The notes: a model not told the origin generated them from the letters alone. Shown: positions 9,158-18,914, counted from the stretch's first letter. The stretch: 64,000 nucleotides of DNA from Caldisericota bacterium (GCA_029548865.1 JAKPMO010000023.1:1-64000), one strand, 5' to 3'. A program made the numbers and translations.

Positions 9158-10117
9158 TTGAGAACCAAATTTGTAGTCGTATTTGCTGTCATGCTTGCCA
9201 TTGTTTCTTCCAACTTTATTCAATTTGCTTTTGCTCTTCCAAAAACTTGCATTTATGAATCAGACTACATGTCTATGGACCAGTTCGGAAAGACTTCCGT
9301 GGTTCATTACAAATGCCAGAGAGTGGCCAGAGATATTGACTATTGCGCACTACATTCACATGTTGATGGTAAGAAAAACTATGAGCTCTCCCTTATCAAA
9401 GCTGAAGACGCACTTAACTCATCCATGATTGGCTGTTACCTTCATGGTGTTGATCTAAGCTATTATACGCTCCACTCGATGATCTGGTCAAAATCAGATT
9501 TCACAAAGGCAGACCTTAGCTATGCCATGTTTTCATCAAAAGTGTTGCTTGAGTGTAACTTTAGCGACGCAAACCTTGAGAAATCAGATTTTGGCTATTC
9601 GTTTGCCTATAACGCAAATTTTGACAATGCCAACCTTACCAAATGCAATCTTATTGGTGCCTGGCTTGATGGCTCAAGCTTCAAAGGTTCTCTTTGCAAG
9701 GAAACATACTTTGTATCGGCAAGGCTTGATGGTGTCAATTTTGACAAGGCAAGGTTCGAGCACATATTTTTTATGCCAGGACAGTTCACAAAAGCAACAG
9801 GGATGGAAACTGTAAATTGGGGTGACTTCAAGGTAGGCACTGAAATATCAGGTTCCTATAATGAAGCAATACAGTGCTATGATGACCTTGCAGCATTGTA
9901 TGATGGCCTAGGCAAAAAAGATTTTGCAGACAAGTTCTCTGATAGAAAAGCTTTTTGTCAACGCCAACTTGAAGTTCTTGGCGCGAAAGATGATGAAAAA
10001 CAGTTGGGCCCGCATATTGCCCTTGTGGTAGGGCTTGTTCTGGTGGCATTGGCCATCATCCTGACAATGATAGCAATTTTGGGTAGAAGAAAAAAATCTG
10101 ATGTTCATTCCTCTTGA
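9158..10117 (+). CDS. Pentapeptide-repeat protein, secreted with C-terminal membrane anchor
   Basis: Signal peptide; ADLSY/ANLEK/ANFDN/ANLTK/ARLDG repeats; C-terminal TM followed by RRKK. Confidence 0.85.
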   Translation: MRTKFVVVFAVMLAIVSSNFIQFAFALPKTCIYESDYMSMDQFGKTSVVHYKCQRVARDIDYCALHSHVDGKKNYELSLIKAEDALNSSMIGCYLHGVDLSYYTLHSMIWSKSDFTKADLSYAMFSSKVLLECNFSDANLEKSDFGYSFAYNANFDNANLTKCNLIGAWLDGSSFKGSLCKETYFVSARLDGVNFDKARFEHIFFMPGQFTKATGMETVNWGDFKVGTEISGSYNEAIQCYDDLAALYDGLGKKDFADKFSDRKAFCQRQLEVLGAKDDEKQLGPHIALVVGLVLVALAIILTMIAILGRRKKSDVHSS

Positions 10118-11582
10118 ACGGAATGGAAAACTCAGTCTTGTACACCAGATAAAACAGGGCGTAATAAATCTTATTGCCTCCGGTGATCTTCACAAAGGTT
10201 CCAGGCTTCCTTCAACAAGGGACTTGGCAAAAACCCTTAAAGTCAACAGAAACACTGTGGTGGCTGCGTATGAGTTGCTTTCCCAGGAAGGTTATGTTGT
10301 TTCTCAAGTTGGTCAGGGAACTATCGTCATATCCGACCATAACCATGGGTATGAAAACAAAAAGAACCAATTGAATGATCTTTTTTTCCCATGGGGAGAG
10401 AAATTTGTAAGGAACCCACAGGCTGGTGTCCATTTCCAGATACCACATCTTCCCCAATCAATTGGCAGGCATTACAAGATGATCAATAATTACCCTCCGC
10501 CGGAGCTTTTTTCGGAACCGATAATCAAATCAATAGCCAGGATCACTAGGAGGAAGAGTCTTTCAACTGTTGGTTTCAGAAATGTTAGTGGGTTCCCGCC
10601 ACTTGTTGAGGAGATTGGCCGCAGGCTCTCTCTTGAGGGTGTGGACATGGACCCGCGTGGCCTTGTGATTACACCAGGCTCCAGCATTGCAAATACCCTT
10701 GTTTTTTCACTCCTCCTTGAAGAGAGTGATACGATCATTGTTGAACGCCCTACGCACTTTGCGGCTCTTAGGTGGCTTGTTTGGGCAAGATGCAGACTCA
10801 TTGAAATTCCTATGAGGGAAGACGGAATGGACCTGGAGGCATTAAAGATAGCCCTTCAGACCGGAAAACCTAAACTCATCTACACTATTCCGACATCGCA
10901 CAACCCGACAGGTGTCACCACTTCTGAAGCACACAGGAGAGAACTCATCTCTATAGCATCAAAATACAGAATCCCAATACTGGAGGACGACTATCAGTAT
11001 AGCCTACATATAGGATCACCAAAACCACCCCTGCTTTCCGCTCTCGATCGTAGTGGTCTGGTCATAACAACCTCCAGTTTTTCAAAGGTTATCTGGCAGG
11101 GATTGAGGCTTGGCTTTGTTTGTGCCCCCAAAAGGGTCACGGTCCAACTTGAGAACCTTCACAGAATACTTGTTGGTCCTCCAATGTTTGTTTCTCAAAT
11201 GGGACTTTATGAATACATTGAATCCGGCCAGCTAGACAAGAGCATACATCTAATGAAGAAAATTCTCACCGAGAGACAGGCTGCGTTCTTCGCTGCTGCA
11301 TCAAAATATCTCAAGCATAATGTAAGGATTTGGAGCAATCCTGGAGGAGCGACAGTCTGGATAGAAACCCCTGGCATGCTTGGTGATGAGGTTGCCGCGA
11401 GGGCTGCTTCAATGGGTCTCCTTGTCTCGCCAGGGTCTTTTTTCGTTCCAGAGGGAGCGGGATTGCAAGCAATCAGAATCTCGCTCATAGATGAAGACCC
11501 AGATGGTATTTCCGAAGCGGTGTCCATCTTGGGAAAAGCGTTGAACCCTCCAGAGGGGAAAATGGTTTATGATGGTCTTTAG
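10101..11582 (+). CDS. MocR/GabR family regulator (GntR HTH plus PLP aminotransferase domain)
   Basis: LPSTRDLAKTLKVNRNTVVAAY HTH; HNPTG, EDDY, SFSK..GLRLG. Confidence 0.95.
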   Translation: MFIPLERNGKLSLVHQIKQGVINLIASGDLHKGSRLPSTRDLAKTLKVNRNTVVAAYELLSQEGYVVSQVGQGTIVISDHNHGYENKKNQLNDLFFPWGEKFVRNPQAGVHFQIPHLPQSIGRHYKMINNYPPPELFSEPIIKSIARITRRKSLSTVGFRNVSGFPPLVEEIGRRLSLEGVDMDPRGLVITPGSSIANTLVFSLLLEESDTIIVERPTHFAALRWLVWARCRLIEIPMREDGMDLEALKIALQTGKPKLIYTIPTSHNPTGVTTSEAHRRELISIASKYRIPILEDDYQYSLHIGSPKPPLLSALDRSGLVITTSSFSKVIWQGLRLGFVCAPKRVTVQLENLHRILVGPPMFVSQMGLYEYIESGQLDKSIHLMKKILTERQAAFFAAASKYLKHNVRIWSNPGGATVWIETPGMLGDEVAARAASMGLLVSPGSFFVPEGAGLQAIRISLIDEDPDGISEAVSILGKALNPPEGKMVYDGL

Positions 11583-12511
11583 TTTTGTTTCAGCAGGAGA
11601 TACGAGTATATTTTTGCTGGGATACCTGGTTTAACAGTCATTCCAAGGCGCTTTGGGTTTGGAAGCAGGCCAGAAGGTGTCTCCTGTCTTTCGACCAGAT
11701 AGTTGTCTCCAGTTTCCTCGTCGTATGCCGGCGTGAGATTTTTTAAAAGGGTATTAAAACCTGGTCCTGGCTGAGTTCCTCCACTGTATTGCAAGAGCCT
11801 GTCTTCGACATCCGCTTTTCCAAAAGAATCAAATTTTGCTGGTTCTACTTTTGCTCTCTGCGCCTTTCCTGCTATCTCATTGTATGATGGGAGACGTAGA
11901 TAACTTCTTCTTATTTCTTCAAGTTTGGGCAAGATGCTTTCAAAATATTGCTGTTTTGATTCCTCTATTGCCACCAAACCCACAGATTTGCCGTTTTTTT
12001 CAGGAACATCATACCACCATACCATCACCCTGCCTTCAAACTTTTGTCCGTCCTGTTCCCTATCGTATTGCACCTGGGCAAAAGTTGCTTGGCATGGTGT
12101 GATGTCTTCTTCTCCAGGAAATGGAGTTGACCAGGGTTCGATTGATTCCTCTCCACTTATTGAGAAACCGCTCATGGAATCTTTTATCATATCCAGCTCG
12201 AGAAAAGTTTTTGCATCCGTATGCCCTTTAATATTTTTCCATTCCATTGATATCTTTGTTGCTCCATCTTTTGACGTAATAGTTATGTTTCCGGATGCCT
12301 TGTAATCATTGCTACTGAGTATAAATCCATCGGGTATACTGATACCAAACCCAAACTCATCTTGTTTTGCCTGCGGCACAAAATACTGGTATGGCAAAAA
12401 ATCCTTAACTTCATCTTTAACTGGAATAATCGTTTCTTTGTCAGGCGTATTGGTGGACGATCCACATGAGCAAACTAAAAAAACAACCAGCAAACATATT
12501 AATTTCTTCAT
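11579..12511 (-). CDS. Hypothetical lipoprotein
   Basis: MKKLICLLVVFLVCSC-G lipobox-type signal; start moved to ATG 12511. Confidence 0.8.
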   Translation of the reverse strand: MKKLICLLVVFLVCSCGSSTNTPDKETIIPVKDEVKDFLPYQYFVPQAKQDEFGFGISIPDGFILSSNDYKASGNITITSKDGATKISMEWKNIKGHTDAKTFLELDMIKDSMSGFSISGEESIEPWSTPFPGEEDITPCQATFAQVQYDREQDGQKFEGRVMVWWYDVPEKNGKSVGLVAIEESKQQYFESILPKLEEIRRSYLRLPSYNEIAGKAQRAKVEPAKFDSFGKADVEDRLLQYSGGTQPGPGFNTLLKNLTPAYDEETGDNYLVERQETPSGLLPNPKRLGMTVKPGIPAKIYSYLLLKQN

Positions 12512-12583
12512 GGACATGATAATAATTGCGTGCAATTTTTTGACAAGTAATAGATCGTTTCTGTCGGAAATATTAAATAATTG

Positions 12584-12612
12584 TTGACACAAATATTTCG
12601 AAAATGTAAAAT
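12584..12612 (+). promoter_or_regulatory. Sigma70-type promoter (probably leaderless transcript)
   Basis: TTGACA-17-TAAAAT, 8 nt before GTG 12621. Confidence 0.7.
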
Positions 12613-12620
12613 ATTTTACC

Positions 12621-13235
12621 GTGATATTTACAGGATATCTTGATGATTTTGACCTGATTGATTTCATCAGGTTCATCACCACGATGAAAAAAAGTGGAGT
12701 GCTTGTGATAACTGGCAAAAAGTCGGCCAAAATCGTGCTGTCTTTTGGCAAAATCACTGGTGTCGTTGTTCCTTTCGAAGTAAGAAATCATTACAAATCC
12801 TATATTGCTGATCTAAAGGACGGATATTTCAGTCTTGAAGAGAGTCATTCATTAAATGAGGATGAAGTTGTGGTAGTCAGTCAGGACGTATCGGAATTCC
12901 TTTTGGAACTTACCAGATTTAGAAGAGAACCTTCAGATCCAAAGTTGTATGAACCCAACATGCTATTTGAGCTTAAGCCCATTTCTGACATTGGCAGATT
13001 GACATTCAATGTGGAAGAATGGAGAATAATAGCCGCACTCTCTGAATCAAGAACCTTAAAAGAGTTATCTGAAAGACTGGAAATCGGTATTGCCAGATTG
13101 CAATGGATGATTTATTCACTCGAGCAAAGCGGGCTTATTAAAAGAAAAAGACCGCAAGCGCAAAGGGAGAGAATGACCCAGAACGCTATTACAGAAGCAC
13201 TCAAGCGGTTCATAGGCATCCTAAAAGGTTCATGA
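12621..13235 (+). CDS. DUF4388 (PatA-N-like) domain protein with C-terminal winged HTH
   Basis: GYLDDFDLIDFIRFI...KKSGVLVI...GKI; EEWRIIAAL...RTLKELSERL...LEQSGLI. Confidence 0.75.
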   Translation: MIFTGYLDDFDLIDFIRFITTMKKSGVLVITGKKSAKIVLSFGKITGVVVPFEVRNHYKSYIADLKDGYFSLEESHSLNEDEVVVVSQDVSEFLLELTRFRREPSDPKLYEPNMLFELKPISDIGRLTFNVEEWRIIAALSESRTLKELSERLEIGIARLQWMIYSLEQSGLIKRKRPQAQRERMTQNAITEALKRFIGILKGS

Positions 13236-13750
13236 CAAAACTAAAAATTCTGATTACCGGGCCTTTTTCTTCGGGTAAAACAACATTTGTAAATGCGCTT
13301 TCAGATATAGTGACTGTCCAGACCGAGGAAAGAGTCTGGGGTGAGGATGCAAAGATCAAGCAGGCCACAACCGTGGGCCTTGATTTTGGAAAAATACAGA
13401 TTTCAAGTGATGTTCAGATATATCTTTTTGGGACCCCTGGCCAGGATCGTTTTGAATTCATCTGGGAAGATATGATAGTAGGTTCTCATGGACTGATAGT
13501 TCTTCTTGATAGATCAGATTGGCGCTCTGTTATGCAAACCAAGAAGTTTATCGATTTTTATACATCAAGGACTGTAGTTCCAATGGTTGTAGTCGCCAAT
13601 AAATCTGATCTGGAGGATACCCTCCCATTGGAGTTCATTCAAGCGTATCTAGATACTGATCCTTCAATTGGTTTTGTGGAGGCTTCCGGCAAAGACAAAA
13701 GTTCTGCAAGAAGAGTTCTGGAAGACATGATTATACGCATCCTCGAATAG
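13232..13750 (+). CDS. MglA/conservon-type small Ras-like GTPase
   Basis: G1 GPFSSGKTT, G2 TTVGLDFG, G3 GTPGQDRF, G4 NKSD; ATGA overlap with the upstream gene. Confidence 0.9.
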   Translation: MTKLKILITGPFSSGKTTFVNALSDIVTVQTEERVWGEDAKIKQATTVGLDFGKIQISSDVQIYLFGTPGQDRFEFIWEDMIVGSHGLIVLLDRSDWRSVMQTKKFIDFYTSRTVVPMVVVANKSDLEDTLPLEFIQAYLDTDPSIGFVEASGKDKSSARRVLEDMIIRILE

Positions 13751-14090
13751 GGACACAGATTTTCCCCTTCTTTTCATAGATCTTTGTTGCTGCCTTGTCA
13801 CGCATTCTAAAAGCAGTTGCCCTTGAAATACCTACCATTGAAGATGCTTTATCAAAGGTTATTCCTTCCAGATAAATCAGCCTTATAAGACTCTCTTCCT
13901 TCACATCGAGTCCTTCGAGCATGTCATCTATCTCCAGAAGTTTATCTAGTATGGCAGTTCTGCTATTTGTGTTTCCATCCATGCCTTTTATTTTGATCGT
14001 AGACGCTGAGAACATTTCCAGTTTCTTTTTAAGTTCCTTGTATGTGTTCATCATTTTTTCAAGATAGTCCAAAACTTTTACTGACGCCAT
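13731..14090 (-). CDS. Sigma70 region-4-like HTH protein (ArpU/RinA-like)
   Basis: LIRLIYLEGITFDKASSMVGISRATAFRMRDKA; GGAGG RBS. Confidence 0.7.
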   Translation of the reverse strand: MASVKVLDYLEKMMNTYKELKKKLEMFSASTIKIKGMDGNTNSRTAILDKLLEIDDMLEGLDVKEESLIRLIYLEGITFDKASSMVGISRATAFRMRDKAATKIYEKKGKICVPIRGCV

Positions 14091-14174
14091 TTTCTCCCTC
14101 CTTCAAAAAGTAACACGACAATAGAGTGTGCTAACTTAACCATACAGAAGCGTTGTATTGTGTAAAATCCTTGC

Positions 14175-14690
14175 GTGAGAATAAAGACCCCGGCCAAGGC
14201 CCTGCTCTTAATAATAACATTCGTAATCGTTGGTTTAAGTACTTTTTTGTATGTTCCAAAGCAGTTTGATTCGTCCAGTTTCTTTTTTGACAAGAACGCT
14301 TTGCAACAGGTCATCAACTTGATAAGGACATCAAAGAGACAAATCTTTGTCGAAATGTACTCCTTCACTCATGGTGATGTGATAAGGGAGCTTGAAGCAA
14401 AAAAGAGGGCTGGTTTGGATGTTAGGGTTATAGTAGATGACAACCCGGAAAACGAAGCCCTTGCCAAAGCCAGATTTGATGTCAGATTTGAGGGAACACC
14501 AAGAATGTTCCACCGTAAGTTTGCGATTGTGGATGAACAATGGATATGGATAGGATCAACAAACTGGACCTACAGTGGCTTTGGAAAGAACGCGGAGGTC
14601 GACTTGTTGATGTCATCCCCTGACCATGCGTATAATCTTGTCAGGCAGTTCGAACAGGATTGGGCAAAAGCGAAAAGGAGGCCGAAATGA
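14175..14690 (+). CDS. Phospholipase D/Nuc-family protein, single HKD motif, N-terminal anchor
   Basis: HRKFAIVD...IGSTNWT...N.E; MYSFT; GLDVRVIVD. Confidence 0.9.
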   Translation: MRIKTPAKALLLIITFVIVGLSTFLYVPKQFDSSSFFFDKNALQQVINLIRTSKRQIFVEMYSFTHGDVIRELEAKKRAGLDVRVIVDDNPENEALAKARFDVRFEGTPRMFHRKFAIVDEQWIWIGSTNWTYSGFGKNAEVDLLMSSPDHAYNLVRQFEQDWAKAKRRPK

Positions 14691-16000
14691 ACTATCTCGT
14701 GCTGGGAAATGGTGCGAGGGAACATGCAATATGCTGGGCATTGTCAAAAAACTCGGATGTGCATGCGATGCCTGGTAATCCCGGGATGATCCTTGATGCT
14801 GATATTGTTTCAGGCAACCCAATGAATTTTGGGGAAGTGGCCAGTGTTGCAAAAAAGCTTTCCTGCTCTGCCGTTTTCGCTGGTGCCGAACTCCCGTTGG
14901 TTGAAGGGATAACTGATGCCCTTGCAAGTGAGGGGATTTTTGTTTTTGGACCATCAAAAGAGGGTGCGATGCTTGAGGGTTCAAAAGCTTTTGCAAAAGA
15001 TTTCATGAAGAGAAACGGCATTCCCTGTGCCGACCACCAGACCTTTGACAATGAGAAAGAGGCGATGGATTTTGTGTCGAAGCACCCATTCCCCCTAGTT
15101 ATAAAGGTCGATGGTTTGGCCTCCGGAAAAGGCGTCCATATTGTCGAAGACCTGAGAGAAGCCGAGATCGCGATAAAAGCAATACTCTCCGAGAAAACAT
15201 ATGGAGAGTCCGGCAGGGTGATTGTTATTGAGGAATTTCTTGTTGGCAAGGAACTGACTGTGATGGCCTTCACTGATGGCAAGGTTATAAAAATGCTCCC
15301 ACCTTCAAGGGATCACAAAAGGCTTGAAGATGGTGACAAGGGACCAATGACCGGGGGGATGGGGTCTTATTGCCCTGTCCCGGACGCTGATCCCGGGCTT
15401 CTTGAAAAAATAAAAACAGATATTGTTGAAAAAACGCTTGTCGGGCTTCAAAAGGAGAGTATCGACTATAAAGGTGTTATCTATTGCGGTCTCATGCTTA
15501 CTGGGGAAGGGCCAAAAGTGCTTGAATACAATTGCAGGTTTGGCGATCCGGAGGCCCAGGTTGTTTTGCCGATGCTCCAGACCCCGCTTTCAGCAGTTGT
15601 CGAGGCAGTAAAAGAGGGTGAGCTAGAACGTTTGCCAATTGTTGCAAAGAAAGGCTTTGCTGCATGTGTTGTGCTGGCTTCTGAAGGTTACCCAGGTAAA
15701 CCTGTGGTGGGATTACCTGTTGGTGGTTTCAACAAGGCGCAAACTATAGAAAATGTGCTGGTTTTTGCGGCTGGAATTGGTGGAGAACCCGGCAAGCTGG
15801 TGACTTCTGGGGGAAGGGTTGTTTCGTGCGTTGGGCTTGGTAGCACTCTCAGAATGGCCCTTGGAAGGGCATATTCACTTGCGGGCATTGTGGATTTTAA
15901 GGGAAAACAGTTTAGAGGCGACATAGGAGGAAGATATGCCAGAGGCAGGACAAGTATTGTTGATCTTAGGCTCAAAATCAGACCTAGAGGTAGCATCTGA
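14687..16000 (+). CDS. purD: Phosphoribosylamine-glycine ligase
   Basis: GNGAREHA, LEGSKAFAKDFM, KVDGLASGKGV, TGGMG, EYNCRFGDPE, TSGGRV. Confidence 0.97.
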   Translation: MNYLVLGNGAREHAICWALSKNSDVHAMPGNPGMILDADIVSGNPMNFGEVASVAKKLSCSAVFAGAELPLVEGITDALASEGIFVFGPSKEGAMLEGSKAFAKDFMKRNGIPCADHQTFDNEKEAMDFVSKHPFPLVIKVDGLASGKGVHIVEDLREAEIAIKAILSEKTYGESGRVIVIEEFLVGKELTVMAFTDGKVIKMLPPSRDHKRLEDGDKGPMTGGMGSYCPVPDADPGLLEKIKTDIVEKTLVGLQKESIDYKGVIYCGLMLTGEGPKVLEYNCRFGDPEAQVVLPMLQTPLSAVVEAVKEGELERLPIVAKKGFAACVVLASEGYPGKPVVGLPVGGFNKAQTIENVLVFAAGIGGEPGKLVTSGGRVVSCVGLGSTLRMALGRAYSLAGIVDFKGKQFRGDIGGRYARGRTSIVDLRLKIRPRGSI

Positions 16001-16409
16001 GGCAACGAAAACGCTGGATAAGCTTGGAGTTACCTGGGAACAGGTTGTCTCTTCAGCCCATAGAACTCCGGATAGAACGACCCAAATAGCGAAAGAAGCC
16101 ATGGGAAAGGGCCACAAGGTCATTATTTGCATGGCTGGCTATGCAGCACATTTGCCAGGTGTTGTTGCTGCGCTTACCAACCTTCCGGTGATTGGCGTCC
16201 CTCTTTCTGGATCACCGCTCAATGGCCTTGATGCCTTATTGGCTCAGCAGATGCCTTCAGGAATTCCGGTTGCCGCAATGACCATTGGGACTGCAGGTGC
16301 CATAAACGCTGCTGTTTTTGCTGCCAGGATAGTTGCCCTTTCTGATGAGGCTGTGAGGACAAAATTGGCCCAGTATGTGAATGATCTTGCAGCAAAAGTG
16401 CTAAACTAA
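15936..16409 (+). CDS. purE: N5-CAIR mutase / AIR carboxylase
   Basis: GSKSD, SAHRTP, AAHLPGV, PVIGVP, QMPSGIPVA. Confidence 0.97.
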   Translation: MPEAGQVLLILGSKSDLEVASEATKTLDKLGVTWEQVVSSAHRTPDRTTQIAKEAMGKGHKVIICMAGYAAHLPGVVAALTNLPVIGVPLSGSPLNGLDALLAQQMPSGIPVAAMTIGTAGAINAAVFAARIVALSDEAVRTKLAQYVNDLAAKVLN

Positions 16410-16475
16410 TAAAAAGATTGCTAGGTAATACCAAAATTATTGATTATTATTGCCTAGCTGGATAAGATTGGGGTC

Positions 16476-17387
16476 GTGTTGAGAAAAAAGACGGCAAGAA
16501 TGTTGAGGAGGATTGTCGCCCTATCTTTGTTTGTCTGCGCATGTATTTTGTTGGTTATCTCTGCAAAGTTGCTCTTTTTTCCAAGCGTAAATGAAGAACC
16601 TCCGAAACGCATTGAAGTCTTTGATAGGTATTGGCTGAGGCTTCAGGAGAAGGTTGACTGGCTGGCAAAGCAGCGTGAATCAAAAAGTGCAAAGGATTTT
16701 CTCTGGCTCTCAAAGAGGACCTTAGAGTTGAGGCCACTTTCGAATAGAACAGTTTTCCTGACATTTGATGATGGACCGTCAGGCACAACGCCTAGAATAC
16801 TGGATATTCTTAAAGCAAATGGTGTAAAAGCAACCTTTTTTACGCTTGGCTTGCAGGTTGACGATATGCCGTCAATTGTCAGAAAGACCGTAGAGGAGGG
16901 GCATTGTGTCCTCTCCCATGGGTATAGCCACAGATATGACCTCTACAACGATCCGCCAAAATTCTTTGAGGACATTGATAAGGCGATGTCCTCGATAATG
17001 AATGCCACAAGTAAAAGGCCGCTGCCTTATGTCAGGCTTCCGGGTGGTGCCAACAATCAGTATCCAAGGAAAAAACCCTTTGATGAATGCAAAAAAGGGT
17101 TGATAAATCGTGGTATCAGTTATGTTGAATGGAATGCCAGCATGGATGATTCAACATTCAAGAAACACACCAGAAACTACATGATTGAGAACGTGCTACT
17201 CAAGGCGAAGGCAAACAATTTTATAATCGTCCTGATGCATGATTCTGCAGGAAAAGGGCTAACTATCAGCGCCCTTCCCGAGGTGATTAAGGGACTCAGA
17301 GACATGGGTTTTGTTTTCAGGACATTTTCTGACCTTACGGATGCTGAAAGGAAAAGGATGCTTTCCCTCAAGCTCATCAACAGGTGA
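16476..17387 (+). CDS. Polysaccharide deacetylase (CE4/NodB), membrane anchored
   Basis: LTFDDGP, HGYSH, RLPGG, LMHD motifs; N-terminal TM. Confidence 0.93.
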   Translation: MLRKKTARMLRRIVALSLFVCACILLVISAKLLFFPSVNEEPPKRIEVFDRYWLRLQEKVDWLAKQRESKSAKDFLWLSKRTLELRPLSNRTVFLTFDDGPSGTTPRILDILKANGVKATFFTLGLQVDDMPSIVRKTVEEGHCVLSHGYSHRYDLYNDPPKFFEDIDKAMSSIMNATSKRPLPYVRLPGGANNQYPRKKPFDECKKGLINRGISYVEWNASMDDSTFKKHTRNYMIENVLLKAKANNFIIVLMHDSAGKGLTISALPEVIKGLRDMGFVFRTFSDLTDAERKRMLSLKLINR

Positions 17388-17529
17388 CCTTCTCTTTACA
17401 AAAATATTTCTACCCTTCAAAAATCAGCTATACATAATTCTTTAAAACTTGCCACTTGAAATTTTGTCAAGAGGGTGTATAAGTGCATTGTATGAAGAAA
17501 AATAGGGAAAGGAGGACCAAAACGGTAGT

Positions 17530-17967
17530 ATGGCGATAGTAAGATGGAACCCGATGAAAGAATTGTTTTGGGATGATTTTGGAAAAGAATTCAGGAAGAT
17601 GATGAGGGGTGAAGTGGAAAAAGTTGGTGAGATGGGCGAATTTTGGGCACCATCCATTGATCTTTCCGAAACCCAGGACGCCTACACCCTAAAGGCTGAT
17701 TTACCAGGAATGAAATCCGAAGATGTTAATGTCGAAGTGCATGATGATATAGTGACAATTTCCGGCGAGAGGAAAGAAGAGAGAAGCTCTGAAGAAGAGA
17801 ACGTTCATGTAACTGAAGTCTCTTATGGTAAGTTCATGAGATCAGTCAGGCTCCCGATCTCCGTTGATCCGGATAAGGTGAAAGCAAAATTTGAGAATGG
17901 GGTCCTCAAGGTGTCCCTTCCAAAGAGCGAAAAGGTGAAGCCGAAGAAGATTGAAATTGAGAAATAA
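17530..17967 (+). CDS. Hsp20/alpha-crystallin small heat-shock protein
   Basis: ADLPG, ISGERK, YGKFMRSVRLP, AKFENGVLKVSLPK. Confidence 0.97.
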   Translation: MAIVRWNPMKELFWDDFGKEFRKMMRGEVEKVGEMGEFWAPSIDLSETQDAYTLKADLPGMKSEDVNVEVHDDIVTISGERKEERSSEEENVHVTEVSYGKFMRSVRLPISVDPDKVKAKFENGVLKVSLPKSEKVKPKKIEIEK

Positions 17968-18002
17968 GTGTTGAAGAACAAGCCAACTATTTTCAGGAGG
18001 TG

Positions 18003-18036
18003 GGCCGGCGTCCCTTGAATGGGCACCGGCCATTTT
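18003..18036 (+). terminator. GC-rich hairpin after hsp20, probable terminator
   Basis: GGCCGGCGTCCC...GGGCACCGGCC-ATTTT, imperfect stem, short U tract. Confidence 0.45.
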
Positions 18037-18040
18037 GCGT

Positions 18041-18814
18041 ATGGAAAGAATTTTTGTTTCTCAAAAACTTTATTTGTATCCGATAGAGATTCTTGATGTC
18101 CCCCATAGGGCAATGGTCAGACTAAAATCGCTTGGCGTTTTTCGCCTTGAACAACTGGCCGGTCTTACCGAATCTGATCTTCTCTCCGTCTACCATTTTG
18201 GCCAGAAATCCCTGTTTGAACTCAAAAGAAGGCTTGATATTCTTAACCAGTGTGTAATGGAGGAAGGCCGTCCACCAGAAGACATCATAGAATGCATGAG
18301 ACTGAAGCTGGAAGGTCCTGATGAATTCTTGGAGGAAGTGATATCATCGTTTCAGGAAGAAGATAATGGCAGGACAAGCATCTGTTTCTATTTGGCAAAA
18401 CTCCCTCCAAGAGGCATTTTTGTTGTTTCGGAAAGAATTGGCCTGAGGCGGGCCCATATAAGGACACTTCAGGAAATTGCGGATGTCATGAGTCTTACCA
18501 GGGAACGGGTAAGACAACTCCAGAATAGATCTTTGCAATACCTCCAATCGAGCCTTTGCAAAGAAGACATACTTTCGGATTGGGAAGAAACCTTGGTTTG
18601 GGCTGCCACAACACCACCTCCTGGTGAGCAGAGTTTCCTTGAGAGGATCGAGTCCACGGGTGTAAGCGGGAACGCAAACATAACCGGTTTCGTTGTTCTT
18701 GCCACCCACATCATCAAGGGGATTGATTTGCCTCCACTTCTTCGTGCCGCAAGGGACGGAAAACTCAACAAGATCTGGGCCAGAAAGCACCAGACAAAAA
18801 ACAGGGAAGAATAA
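18041..18814 (+). CDS. RNA polymerase alpha-CTD-like plus sigma70 region 4 fusion protein
   Basis: IEILDVPHRAMVRLKSLGV...SDLLSVYHFGQKSLFEL (alpha-CTD-like); RTLQEIADVMSLTRERVRQLQ (sigma 4.2). Confidence 0.8.
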   Translation: MERIFVSQKLYLYPIEILDVPHRAMVRLKSLGVFRLEQLAGLTESDLLSVYHFGQKSLFELKRRLDILNQCVMEEGRPPEDIIECMRLKLEGPDEFLEEVISSFQEEDNGRTSICFYLAKLPPRGIFVVSERIGLRRAHIRTLQEIADVMSLTRERVRQLQNRSLQYLQSSLCKEDILSDWEETLVWAATTPPPGEQSFLERIESTGVSGNANITGFVVLATHIIKGIDLPPLLRAARDGKLNKIWARKHQTKNREE

Positions 18815-18914
18815 AAATTATTCGACTGGCTTGCCTTGGACTATTGCCTTGGCCTCCTAAATAGTTATTATTTTCACAACACGCACCGAAGGTGCCAAAG
18901 GAGGAAAAGGGTAA

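Noticed and set aside
12512..12757. Long N-terminal extension of the 11579 ORF in the ORF track
   Set aside because: Overlaps the divergent DUF4388 gene and promoters; the lipoprotein signal begins at 12511
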